Made by a program: the position numbers and the translations under genes. The notes below the pieces were generated by a model, which had not been told where the DNA came from, ran no database searches, and worked only from the letters and a program-made list of their open reading frames with translations. DNA of 63,563 nt, the filler included, from Octopus bimaculoides (lineage: Eukaryota): NCBI RefSeq assembly GCF_001194135.2. It is 4 parts of 4 records of this genome, joined end to end, with 100 filler letters (N's around TTAATTAATTAA, not from the genome) between each part and the next. Parts side by side here need not be neighbours in the genome. Positions count along the whole stretch, not along the records: positions 39,920 to 61,823 come from NC_068982.1; 3 more parts are not named here. One strand, written 5' to 3'. Of the stretch, positions 49,586-61,718 are shown piece by piece. Position 1 is the stretch's first letter; each line of letters opens with the position of its first letter.

Positions 49586-50147
49586 CTTTCNNNNNNNNNN
49601 NNNNNNNNNNNNNNNNNNNNNNNNNNNNNNNNNNNNNNNNNNNNNNNNNNNNNNNNNNNNNNNNNNNNNNNNNNNNNNNNNNNNNNNNNNNNNNNNNNNN
49701 NNNNNNNNNNNNNNNNNNNNNNNNNNNNNNNNNNNNNNNNNNNNNNNNNNNNNNNNNNNNNNNNNNNNNNNNNNNNNNNNNNNNNNNNNNNNNNNNNNNN
49801 NNNNNNNNNNNNNNNNNNNNNNNNNNNNNNNNNNNNNNNNNNNNNNNNNNNNNNNNNNNNNNNNNNNNNNNNNNNNNNNNNNNNNNNNNNNNNNNNNNNN
49901 NNNNNNNNNNNNNNNNNNNNNNNNNNNNNNNNNNNNNNNNNNNNNNNNNNNNNNNNNNNNNNNNNNNNNNNNNNNNNNNNNNNNNNNNNNNNNNNNNNNN
50001 NNNNNNNNNNNNNNNNNNNNNNNNNNNNNNNNNNNNNNNNNNNNNNNNNNNNNNNNNNNNNNNNNNNNNNNNNNNNNNNNNNNNNNNNNNNNNNNNNNNN
50101 NNNNNNNNNNNNNNNNNNNNGTATATATATATATATATATATGTATG

Positions 50148-50190
<43 letters not shown>

Positions 50191-50814
50191 CTTTCGCATT
50201 GTATCGACCAGACTATGAAATGTCGTCATACACCGTCGGTCAGAAGGTGCTCCCTCACATTGCCCTAGCTTTCGGATGACGCCAGTCCTCTGGCCAGGCA
50301 GACAGGTCAACATTTCCTCTGGACGAAAGGCCACTCCGTTGCACGCTTATCCATTTGCAAGTGACATAAATTGTTTTGCTCAAGAACACAACATACTGTC
50401 GTTTGGTGAATACCAATCACGACCTTGCGTGCAACACCTAACGAATAGGCCACACGCCTTCACACACACACACACAGATATATTTATGCGGGCGTGTGTG
50501 TATTTCTGAAGTTTTCCAGGCTTAACATAATGCAATATACATTTTGCCAATAGCACGAGACAATTATATTCAATGCCTGTCCTCTCTTATTGTTCACCTT
50601 ATATATTCTTAAAGTTCAAATTCTCTGCATGAGGTGCTGATGGTTTTTTTCTATTCATGCGGACATATATTAATTAAAAAAACAAATATCGTTTTGCCTT
50701 CAAGGATACACCACAGTTGTAAACCGACCGTCTGTAATCTCTACATCATATTTATGATATTCACATATGCGTATAGACATACGTGTGTGTGTGTGTGTGT
50801 GTTTAATTATTGAC

Positions 50815-51020
50815 TTCAACTTTTGGCACAAATCCATTAATTTCAATGGAGAGGTAAATCGATTACATCCACACCAGTACTCAACTAGTACTTATTCTAT
50901 TGCGCCAGATGTTGAAAGGTAAATTTGACCTCAGCGGCATTTAAATTCAGAATGGGCAGATGGATGAAATGCCGTAAAGTATTTTCTTCGCCCTATTAAT
51001 GGTTCCACCACTATGCTACC
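50815..51020 (-). mobile_element. Decayed OK-like SINE
   Basis: atcgattacatc..caccagtactcaactagtacttatt...aaaggtaaatttgacctcagcggcatttaaattcagaa. Confidence 0.6.
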
Positions 51021-52184
51021 TTATGTGAGGCTGTGTAATGTTTTGTCGTATATTTCAGTTAAATAACTAACTGGTAAAAATCATGATGTGCTACATAGTT
51101 CATAAATGCAGAGCGAGCGACTTTATTTAAATGAACCAGAGAGAAAAATAATCAGTCGTTTTATATTCCAGTCTACTCTAACATAAGCCATAAAGTTAAA
51201 AATAATATTCACTGAGTATTGTTTAATAGATACAGAAGTAATTTATATTCAGTCTTTGATGAAATAATCTTAATTATTCTTTCAATTCTGCATCTCTCAG
51301 CCTCTTCTTAGAATCTGAAAGTAAATGAGCATACAAAATATATAATTAGATATGTAAAGAAACATTTACTTTATTTGTGTGTCACATAGTTGTCAAGTAT
51401 ACTATGATTCTAATACTTCAGACGTTTGGCAATAATGCGAAATTTTGAATTTTTTCAGTTGGTAATTATTAATTTATTATGTCCACAATAAAGATTCTCT
51501 GCAGATTTCCAGAGGCTTTCTTACAGTATTTGTGTACTCCCGAAGCGAGAAGAAAGAGAGAAAGAAAAGAAAATGTTATAACTTTTAATCCGTGGACGGC
51601 TGCGTGAATAGAAAGAACTCAATTTATATTCAAATAATGTACAATGAATCACTAGATTATGCGATTTAAAATACTTGCCGAATGGTATTGAAAAAATATA
51701 TTTCACACTGATGAGTTTGCAGAAATTGACGAAGATATACATTTAAATGGCTGACCTTTGAATAGCAAGGAATCGGAAAAATAAACATAATTAGCTACCT
51801 CGAAGCCACATATTTAGTGACACGGGAGAATGTGAATAGAGATATTATATTTGATTAACCCTAATCTGCCCCGATTGAGCACGGTTATAGTCAAAGTCAA
51901 TCATAGCCGATAAATACACGCATGCATGCACACGCTTGCGCACACACATACGCACACACGGTTGTGCGTATATATGTGTGTGTGTGCGTGTGTGTGAGTA
52001 TGTGTGCCTGTGTGTAGCTTCTGCACAGTTTCCTCAGTTTCCATCTTCTCAAATTTCATTCAAAAAGTAAGATTGCAGAAATCATTTGTCAGTGTTTGAG
52101 GTTGCACATGGAAGGCAAGTTCTAAAACAGGTCGTGTCTGCGCCTAGTTTTAGGGACACTGCGATCGATATAATTATTTCGAAG

Positions 52185-52385
52185 CCTTAGAATGGTGAAT
52201 TTGCAAAATTGTTAGAGTGTCGGTTTTGAAATAGTTGTTCCGTCTCTTTACGATCTGTGTTCAAATCTGTCTGAAGTTAAATTTGTCTTTCATTTATGCA
52301 CAGTCAAAGAAACAAAGTACACGCTAAGAAACCAATAAATTTTGTTGACTTTACTCCTTCCATGAATTTCCGACTGTTTGCTGAA
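52185..52385 (+). mobile_element. Decayed OK-like SINE
   Basis: ggtgaatttgcaaaattgttagag...ctttacgatctgtgttcaaatct...tttgtctttcattt. Confidence 0.5.
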
Positions 52386-53384
52386 TGTTTAGTCCGATAT
52401 GCTGAAAATCAAAACACAAGAATTACCACAAAAAATGAATTGTAATCGATAGCAAGCATTTCAAACGTTAGTATCCTTTTCCATATTACATTCATCGAAG
52501 CATTATGCTGATATATGAAAACTGAATTAACGACGTGTCTTCGAAATATTCTTCAGGATACCGTTATGCTTTTTTCATATATTTCAGATATAGATTATTT
52601 TTGTACTTGCGAAATATTGCTAGGTATTCATGTAAAACGAAATGACTTCTTGGTGTGAGCACGTGTTTTTGAGTATATGCATTTCTATAGAAGAGTTTTG
52701 TATATCTCACTATGTACGAATATGGATTTCACAGTTTGTTGAAATATATACTGCGTTGTTTCCATTTTATATCTTATACATGTTAAGTTATTGAAGTATA
52801 CACTGCTACATCAGTAGGTGTTTTTCTATCAATATTTCTGTGTCGAGCGATCTATTTTCAATTCAGTTTATGTTTGTTTAGATATCAAATATAATTCCTT
52901 TTCATTTTCAGATATTATATGTTTTGAATACATTAGTCACGATTGGATTACTCCGATATTAAATTTCCTCGGTGTCAGGTTAATAAGATAAAGTTATGCT
53001 TTATACGCCAAAATGCACATTCACAAAAACATACATACACACACGTATACACGCAAGCACATGCACATACACAAACACACGCTCTCTAAATCAGAGATTC
53101 ATATATGAGTAATAACAACCTAATTCTTTTTACAAATATGTTGTTATTCATTTGTTGGAGAGTAAAACTAGTGAATATATTTCACTGATTATCTGCTGTT
53201 AAAACTAAAACTGCGCCATCGTGGAACAACGAATTTAGAACCCGAAGAACACAAAAATGATTTGTGATTTGCTTTTCCTTCTTAAAAGCATTATAAATTA
53301 TTAAGAATAAGAATTTCGTATAATTTCGGAGGCCTGACCGCTGACACAATTCCACTCTAGCAATCGATAGTATTTACAATGAAT

Positions 53385-53555
53385 AATGGTTTCAAATTTT
53401 TGTTAAAGGCCAGTAGTTTTAGGAAAATGGGGTTGGTAGATTACATCGACCCCATTGCTCAACTCGTACTTATTTTCTCGTCGTAGAAAAGATAAAAGAC
53501 AAAGTCGACTTAGGCATGATTTGAACCCATAACGGAAAAAATGTGGCTAAGCGCG
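53385..53555 (-). mobile_element. Decayed OK-like SINE
   Basis: gattacatcgaccccattgctcaactcgtacttatttt...aaagtcgacttaggcatgatttgaacc. Confidence 0.6.
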
Positions 53556-53799
53556 CACTAACAATATTGTTATATTTAGAATGAGTATGGAAACGTGTAT
53601 CCTACTATGGGAACGAGCAAAAATAGTAAGGAAATAAAGACGCGGCTGAATAATAATCTGAGATCAAGTTTCAGAAACTGCTTTACTTATAGATTAAATA
53701 TGTTAAAATCCAGTTCCAGATCTAGTTTTAAGAGCTATAGTCGTAAAGTGATTTTGTTCTGAAGGTCCCAAGACAAAGACGTAAATATCATGCTTCCTT

Positions 53800-54480
53800 C
53801 TTAGATTTTCCCTTTTTAGTATGAAATCTTCAAGCTCGACTCAAAGACTGGACTTACGATTACACTTGATATTTCCTGACGATATAAAATTCATAACATG
53901 CAAATTGCACCAGCAATAGTAGCCTTCCGCTTCGAAAATATTTCCCTCTCTAACAACGTCTGAGACTAACATTCTCTCATTAGAACTGCAATGTAAGACC
54001 GAACCCAAAGACCATTACATCATATCCAAATGAAAATTTACGACATAATCTAATCCATTGATCATAGACAATTCTCAGCACTTTATTTTACTTCTAATTA
54101 CAACAGATTCTGCTACTCAAAATTAGCTACTAGTCAACAACCTCTAGAAAATCTTATACAAGATGCTAGTTTTCTTCTACTGAGTTTATCTTTCCTACTA
54201 GGTTCCACACTACGCATTATCTCCTAACCCTTCCGCCCATATCAAAAACTCTTCAGAATTCTATTTCTGTTCAGAAGTTCCTTTTGAGCCGATTTAAAGC
54301 TATTCAATAACAGCATCCACCATAGGAATCGCACTAGTCTTACAGGGCTTTTGGCATATTTGAACGGTCTTTTCCTCCTGCGTAAATCATCAAAAGAAAT
54401 TGTGCTTTTATAGGAAACAGCTATTTCAATGGCAGAAGTACGCAGATTTCCTAACTGATTCAATTACTTTCATTCAGCTT
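53800..54480 (+). pseudogene. Decayed LINE (CR1/L2-like) reverse transcriptase remnant
   Basis: FPDDIKF (resembling FADDxKL) at ~53873-53893, followed by SETNILSL..CK. Other motifs are weak. Confidence 0.4.
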
Positions 54481-55140
54481 TATAAAGGAGACAATTCCCA
54501 TCAAATATGTTATGAATTCTTCGNNNNNNNNNNNNNNNNNNNNNNNNNNNNNNNNNNNNNNNNNNNNNNNNNNNNNNNNNNNNNNNNNNNNNNNNNNNNN
54601 NNNNNNNNNNNNNNNNNNNNNNNNNNNNNNNNNNNNNNNNNNNNNNNNNNNNNNNNNNNNNNNNNNNNNNNNNNNNNNNNNNNNNNNNNNNNNNNNNNNN
54701 NNNNNNNNNNNNNNNNNNNNNNNNNNNNNNNNNNNNNNNNNNNNNNNNNNNNNNNNNNNNNNNNNNNNNNNNNNNNNNNNNNNNNNNNNNNNNNNNNNNN
54801 NNNNNNNNNNNNNNNNNNNNNNNNNNNNNNNNNNNNNNNNNNNNNNNNNNNNNNNNNNNNNNNNNNNNNNNNNNNNNNNNNNNNNNNNNNNNNNNNNNNN
54901 NNNNNNNNNNNNNNNNNNNNNNNNNNNNNNNNNNNNNNNNNNNNNNNNNNNNNNNNNNNNNNNNNNNNNNNNNNNNNNNNNNNNNNNNNNNNNNNNNNNN
55001 NNNNNNNNNNNNNNNNNNNNNNNNNNNNNNNNNNNNNNNNNNNNNNNNNNNNNNNNNNNNNNNNNNNNNNNNNNNNNNNNNNNNNNNNNNNNNNNNNNNN
55101 NNNNTATATATATATATATATGTATATATATATAACATTA

Positions 55141-55279
55141 AGAAAATGGAAGGGATTAATAGGTGGTATTCATCAATTGCAGACATTGTATTATGTCAAT
55201 TAACAAATAAACAAGTAAATTGACATAATACAATGTCTGCAAGTTGATGAATACCACCTATTAATCCCCTCCATTCTCT
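55141..55279. repeat. Near-perfect ~61-bp inverted repeat with 16-nt loop (foldback/MITE-like hairpin)
   Basis: Arm 55141-55201 versus arm 55218-55279: two substitutions and one extra base. Confidence 0.95.
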
Positions 55280-56819
55280 TATTGCTATATAAATTAATGG
55301 TAAAATAACTTTTTACCCGCACACATTTATTGCACTTGGTAAAGTAATTGCCATGCTAGGAAAAAACACTAGTATAATAATAATTAGGTATTCTTCCAGC
55401 AGTATATTGGATAGATATTATCCCTTTGTGGATTGGATTCACAACCCTTAACTTTCTTGGATATATATATATATATANNNNNNNNNNNNNNNNNNNNNNN
55501 NNNNNNNNNNNNNNNNNNNNNNNNNNNNNNNNNNNNNNNNNNNNNNNNNNNNNNNNNNNNNNNNNNNNNNNNNNNNNNNNNNNNNNNNNNNNNNNNNNNN
55601 NNNNNNNNNNNNNNNNNNNNNNNNNNNNNNNNNNNNNNNNNNNNNNNNNNNNNNNNNNNNNNNNNNNNNNNNNNNNNNNNNNNNNNNNNNNNNNNNNNNN
55701 NNNNNNNNNNNNNNNNNNNNNNNNNNNNNNNNNNNNNNNNNNNNNNNNNNNNNNNNNNNNNNNNNNNNNNNNNNNNNNNNNNNNNNNNNNNNNNNNNNNN
55801 NNNNNNNNNNNNNNNNNNNNNNNNNNNNNNNNNNNNNNNNNNNNNNNNNNNNNNNNNNNNNNNNNNNNNNNNNNNNNNNNNNNNNNNNNNNNNNNNNNNN
55901 NNNNNNNNNNNNNNNNNNNNNNNNNNNNNNNNNNNNNNNNNNNNNNNNNNNNNNNNNNNNNNNNNNNNNNNNNNNNNNNNNNNNNNNNNNNNNNNNNNNN
56001 NNNNNNNNNNNNNNNNNNNNNNNNNNNNNNNNNNNNNNNNNNNNNNNNNNNNNNNNNNNNNNNNNNNNNNNNNNNNNNNNNNNNNNNNNNNNNNNNNNNN
56101 NNNNNNNNNNNNNNNNNNNNNNNNNNNNNNNNNNNNNNNNNNNNNNNNNNNNNNNNNNNNNNNNNNNNNNNNNNNNNNNNNNNNNNNNNNNNNNNNNNNN
56201 NNNNNNNNNNNNNNNNNNNNNNNNNNNNNNNNNNNNNNNNNNNNNNNNNNNNNNNNNNNNNNNNNNNNNNNNNNNNNNNNNNNNNNNNNNNNNNNNNNNN
56301 NNNNNNNNNNNNNNNNNNNNNNNNNNNNNNNNNNNNNNNNNNNNNNNNNNNNNNNNNNNNNNNNNNNNNNNNNNNNNNNNNNNNNNNNNNNNNNNNNNNN
56401 NNNNNNNNNNNNNNNNNNNNNNNNNNNNNTATATACGGATTGCGTACTGCAATCACTTTTGAAATCCGTGTTGCTTATTATTTGATATATATATATATAT
56501 ATAGGGAAAGAAAAAATATCAGCGTAGACGATCTTTTAATACAAAGTTGGTACAAATTCCATAAAGTTTCTACAAGTTGTTTCCGAGCCGAATTAATTCC
56601 AAAACAATACGAAGTAAACAATCCTTTTGAAATCAAAATTAAGCTTTTCCTCAGCAATTCATTATTCAAATGAATGGGTTCGTCCAACAAAAATATAAAG
56701 ACCTTTAATTACCCCAGAAAGGAACAAACAATTCTATTGAACCAGCGAACTTGGATGTTTAACATCCCTTTGAAGGATTTTGGTCCTTACTTCTTTAATA
56801 TATATATATATATATATAT

Positions 56820-56911
56820 CCTTGGCCTGAAAAGTAGCCTACTGCATACACCCCACTAGGATTTTTACCCCTTCTGAGGTTCTGATCGCTATGAAACATA
56901 TGTAGCCCGGA
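56820..56911 (+). ncRNA. Hammerhead ribozyme motif with 49-nt loop II (second copy of the 6690-6780 family)
   Basis: ccttggc-CTGAAaA-gtagc-[49 nt]-gctat-GAAAC-atat-GTA-gcccgg. 5-bp stem II and palindromic ACATATGT stem III. Downstream 56910-57060 is homologous to 6780-6930. Confidence 0.6.
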
Positions 56912-57337
56912 TCTTATCAACTCCGTTCTGTGACTTTGGTATTCTTTGTCGCACACCCGCGACTCTGGTCGCCTACCATGAAATATAAAAAGAACTTTTT
57001 TCAGTTCATCTTACTTCGATACGAAAAAAATCCACTACCTTCCCTCTCAATAATCCAATATGGTTTTTTTTTTTTTAATATTTACTACTGTCGTTTTCCA
57101 TCTAATATAATATATACCTGCTAACAGGGAAGCGCAAAACAGATCCTTAGCTCCAGCTTCAGCTGTGAACTTGGAACCTATCGGATGACTAATTATAGCA
57201 CTTACTCAGCGTACCTATTCGTTTAGATAACATGTGAACTAAACCCCATCATATTCTTTCTATATATGTATGTATGTGTGTATGTATGTATGTATGTATG
57301 TATGTATATATGTATGTATTATGTGTGTGCGTCCGTG

Positions 57338-57368
<31 letters not shown>

Positions 57369-57371
57369 ATG

Positions 57372-57490
57372 TATGCCATTATGCAGTTTATTTCAAGATT
57401 TCTCGCCAATAGAGAAAGAACCAGTTTCTAACCTAGATCCAAGCTTCCTTCATTGGAATTTCAACATCAACAGCAGGGTATTTCTTTTGT
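57372..57490. repeat. Second copy of the (TATG)n-embedded ~115-bp repeat
   Basis: Aligns by eye with 40829-40945. Confidence 0.8.
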
Positions 57491-57587
57491 ATGTATGTAT
57501 GTATGTATGTATGTATGTCTTGCTTCAGAAGTTCAGAATCAGACTTTTCTCTGAAATGCAGTCTAGCTAGGTTGCTGCCATTCACTT

Positions 57588-57770
57588 GAAGCCTACAACG
57601 TTCATCTGTTCTGTGACTGATTTATTGTCTCCCAGGTATTTCTTTTAAACACCCAGTTTTATTGTGATAAGCTTATATTTCATTCAATGTTTCTGGAGGA
57701 ACAGATATGATTGTGAACTCCTTTTCTATTTTAAGAGTACGAATCAGATCTCACCTTGTAGCTTATTCAT
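57588..57770 (-). mobile_element. LINE-like fragment, second copy of 59347-59520
   Basis: ~180-bp direct repeat with visible high similarity (gaagcctacaac...ttattgtgataagcttatattt...gtgaactccttttctattttaag...gatctcacct). Confidence 0.6.
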
Positions 57771-57938
57771 TACATATAAGTTTGTATTACAGAACCCAGA
57801 TATATGATCTTATAGTACTTTAAATGTTAGTTACCTCAACTAAAACATTTCCTTCTATAGACCTGAGCCCATGTATTTAAAAACATAACCATAATAAAAA
57901 AAACATATACGCACACACATATAGAGTCAGGTAAATAT

Positions 57939-58015
<77 letters not shown>

Positions 58016-58092
58016 NNNNNNNNNNNNNNNNNNNNNNNNNNNNNNNNNNNNNNNNNNNTATATATACATACATATATATATATATATATACA

Positions 58093-58133
<41 letters not shown>

Positions 58134-58507
58134 ACAGACGGACAAACAGACAGTCAGACAGATAGATATTTGTATGCATGTATTAAGTATGTCAGTATGT
58201 ATTTATTTGTGTATGCGCGTGTGTGAGTGTGCATGGATAGATGGATATAGATATATTCCTGTCAAAGATTATATGTATGTACATGTCTGAGTTCTTTATT
58301 ATCGGCTAAATGAATATTCATATATTTTTTTTGCAGCCATTATAATACAAAAAGTATTCAAAAACCGGATTCATCATAACACTACTGTTCTCGGCAACGT
58401 GTGAAGCGTAAGTAATAATTCTGGTTCCTAACTTCTTGTTTTAAGTTTATCTGTTGCAATTTCTATTAATGAAGTATGTATTGTATTTCATATAAAAATC
58501 GTGTATG

Positions 58508-58860
58508 ATGGCGCAGGCATGCTGGGTAATAAGAAGTTTGCTTTCCAGCCACGTGGTTCTGGGTTCGGTCCACCACGTGACATTTTTGAACAAGTGCCTT
58601 CTATTATAGCCTTGGGCCGCCCAAAGCCTTGTGAGTGGATTTGGTTTAATGGATTTGATATCCCCCCACCACTACCGCTTGACAACTGGTGCTGGTGTTT
58701 TGACCAACCTGTAACTTAGCGGTTCGGAAAATCTTACTAATAGAATAAGTATCAGTTTGTAATAAACGAAAAAAAAATCAAAGTAGGATACGTTCGACTA
58801 AACTTCTTCAAGGCGATGCCCCATCATGGTCACAGACTGAAAGAAGGAAAAGAAAAAATA
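58508..58860 (+). mobile_element. CORE-SINE (OR2-like), near full length, decayed
   Basis: Head, caagtgccttctattatagccttgggccg.ccaaagccttgtgagtggatttgg CORE segment, gtaacttagcggttcgg segment and tail. Confidence 0.8.
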
Positions 58861-58899
58861 TAAAAGACTGCAGAGCTACCTTCATCGTAAAGAAACTGT

Positions 58900-59520
58900 T
58901 CCTGGCTTATTTACCATTGTTACCTATTTGCTTATCTAACTCAGAATCATTCTGTGTACCTTGTAAGTATTTAACTTTTCACAACATCAAGGTTTCTCTT
59001 GTGATATGGTTGGTACCATTATCAAACGCATCACAAACCGAGAAGCAACTCGACGCCTCTCGCACGACATCTGAACTTCATTCTGAGTGATTTATACCCA
59101 AAATAATATATCTTGGTTGTGAACAATTTCAGTAGCACATTACATATGCTGTTCTCCTTCTTGTTGTAATCTAACCCTTGTTCATCAGCGATCAATCGGT
59201 GACACGATTGTCTATGTATTACATGAGGTTATCCCATCTTATACTTACAAATTTTATATCAGGGGCTATATTAATTAAACTAATGTATCCTGAAATTGTT
59301 TAAGATGTTATCATGCGATTTAACAATGATGTATTTATCAGGTTCGATGAAGCCTACAACATTCAACTGTTCGGCAATTGATTTATTGTCTCCCGGCTAT
59401 TTCTTTTAAACACAAGGTTTTATTGTGATAAGCTTATATTTCTTTCAATGTTTGTGGAGAAAGAGATGTTATTGTGAACTCCTTTTCTATTTTAAGGGCA
59501 CAATACTGATCTCACCTCTT
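58900..59520 (-). pseudogene. Decayed non-LTR retrotransposon RT N-terminal region, clade uncertain
   Basis: Minus-strand echoes in RT order: KK*PG, NFR(P)ISLINI across a frameshift, LIADEQG, DAFD. Confidence 0.45.
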
Positions 59521-60136
59521 TATCTTTCTTCGATCTTTATACCCTAAAAATTCTCTTAATTCGCCTGCCTCCACAGCTGTCCACACTCCCTTATAAATCA
59601 AGGAAAGATTAAAAAAAAAAACGCCTGTCATGTTCGTACTATTAAACTTGACTCACTTCTTTAGTTGTGTTATTTAGTAATCATTGTATTGTTGGTTGAA
59701 AGAAATATGATTTCATCAGACGTAAAAATATATATATTTCAAAATATCACTGCTCTTAAAAACGTTAAAATCAAATATTTTTCCTCATAATATATGCATT
59801 ATTTGTGCTTTCGATAAATGACTAAATAAAACAATTGTCGTTCTGACTAAATTTAATTAATCAAACATTAACGAGTATATGTATAAAGACATTTTGAAGA
59901 ATTGGGAAATTGCGCCTATTCCTGATTAACTTGTTGATATTTTTCCAGCCTTATTATTTAAGATCTAAGGAACATAACTCTTTTACCTTGCTTACGCTTT
60001 ACTTTTCACATTCCAGTTTTTGTGTTTTCGTTTTCCGTTTTTTAAACTTCTGCGATTTCTATATGCTGCCTTCCCAGTTTTTTGCGTTTCTTCTCTTATT
60101 CATTTTTTTCTTTTAGTCCGTTATGATATCTGATTT

Positions 60137-60192
60137 GTGCCTGATGAATACGTTTGAGATTATTTTTCAACATATGAAACTACCAGTTGCAC
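60137..60192 (+). ncRNA. Type I hammerhead ribozyme motif (GUU at the cleavage triplet)
   Basis: gtgc-CTGATGA-atacgtttga gattattt ttcaacatat-GAAAC-tacca-GTT-gcac. 4-bp stem I, ~8-bp imperfect stem II, intact CUGAUGA/GAAA. Same GAAACtaNNNGT layout as 741-784. Confidence 0.7.
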
Positions 60193-60270
60193 GTAAAGAC
60201 ACGCATTGTTTCCTTGAAATAAATAACATTTATCTCTCCTTTTTTTTGCTGAATTTTCTATCATGGAGCA

Positions 60271-60315
<45 letters not shown>

Positions 60316-61265
60316 GTACATACATATGAATCTAAAATCCAAAGATCGAGAAGGAGACCTTCAAGCAATCTGCAGAATGTATAAAAAAACAAGTTTCAGG
60401 AATCATAGTGGTTTATTGGGACGGAAGGTTGGGGAATTTTTTCCATATCCAAGTACGAAAGGCAGAAAAAAAATTATTTTGTATTTCACGGTAGGCAGCC
60501 AGGTTTGCCAGGTATGCGAATAAAAATCCAGGTGTTAAGGAATGGAACAGATAAGATCTGGGCTACATATGTTTCATATCGAACGGAACCTCAGAAGTGG
60601 TAATTATTCAATTGAGGTATATACCGCAGGCTACTCTTCGGGCCAAAGGTATCTTGATTAAATGAAGTTTACATTGTCGCAAGGAGATCCATGTTGACAC
60701 ACAGAGGATTTGATCAGAATGCGTAGAAAGCACAATTTGGGTGGAGAATATAATTGTGAAGAGAAATTGGGAATATAAGAAAATAAAAAGAACAAAAATA
60801 TTTAAGGGAGTGGGAGGGCTGGAAGTCAAGAATTTAAGCAGGGTCGTTTCACAGAAGGTCTCTAATAGGGTCAATTTAGCTGAATTAGTGAGAGAAGAAC
60901 AGGGAGTGTTATTTGAAAAGAATAGTGTGGAGGGACGGGGGATATTTGTGGTCGATACGAAGAAAAATGTAGGCTTAGAGATGGTATAGTAGTAAAATTG
61001 AAAGTCTAGACGAGAGCTAAGAATTAAGGAATGTATATTGTTGAGCGCGCTCGTATGTACTCTGTGAATTAGTAGAGGTATGTGTAGGCGTATGCACTTG
61101 TACGTTTACGAAGGGAGTGTGGCTAGATGTGGAGGAAGGCGAATTAAGAGAATTTTCAGTCTCAAGGTTTCTATATTTCGACAGTTTTTCAAGTTCCTTT
61201 GCTGAAATATGTCTATCAGTAGGTACTGTCGTGTAAAGTAACAGGCATGCTTTTTTTTTTTTTTT

Positions 61266-61505
61266 TGCATGAGATCTTTCATGACGGTGTCTTGTCTGTT
61301 AGCGTTTATTTGCCTGTCTGTATGTATTCCATAATCTCATAAGATAGTAACATTCTCCCCCTCAGTGACTGCCTCTGGATGGTGTTCATACCAGTTCTTG
61401 GGGCGTGGGATAGCATAGTGACGGCATAGTATCCAGTGTAAGTACTGGTCAACTCGATCATGCATGTTTCTAAATTTTGTTGGGGCAAGGACTCAGCGAC
61501 TGGCA
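61266..61505 (-). pseudogene. R4/Dong-like restriction-like endonuclease domain remnant
   Basis: Own translation: VLAPTKFRNMHDRVDQYLHWILCRHYAIPRPKNWYEHHPEAVTEGENVTIL*DYGIHTDRQINANRQDTVMKD. This matches the R4/Dong RHD...LHW..C...WYEH.P...ILWD..I.TDR.I.ANRPDIV motif. Confidence 0.9.
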
Positions 61506-61507
61506 AC

Positions 61508-61590
61508 TAAGACAAAAACAATGTACATGATAATACTTCCAATCAGTTAAGATCAGAAGCCATGAGAGCCACTGTCTGGTACTGCATAAG
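61508..61590 (-). mobile_element. 5' head of the 38120-38360 repeat family, abutting the RLE remnant
   Basis: Direct sequence match to 38252-38330, on the same strand as and immediately upstream of the RLE fragment. Confidence 0.75.
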
Positions 61591-61604
61591 AGATTATCAT
61601 CATC

Positions 61605-61639
<35 letters not shown>

Positions 61640-61653
61640 TATCGTCATCATCA

Positions 61654-61718
<65 letters not shown>

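Noticed and set aside
50195-50345. GC-balanced 150-bp segment, possibly an exon or TE fragment
   Set aside because: No motif could be assigned and no convincing splice pair was found; probably an old repeat.
57588-59520. ~180-bp direct repeats 1.76 kb apart as LTRs of an LTR retrotransposon
   Set aside because: No TG...CA ends, PBS or PPT. The repeat reads as part of a LINE RT region, and the interior is SINE and microsatellite.
60600-61200. Possible additional minus-strand PLE end and HHR echo (gaaacgac near 60845)
   Set aside because: Only an LN* ending and purine-rich flank. The core and cleavage triplet are absent.
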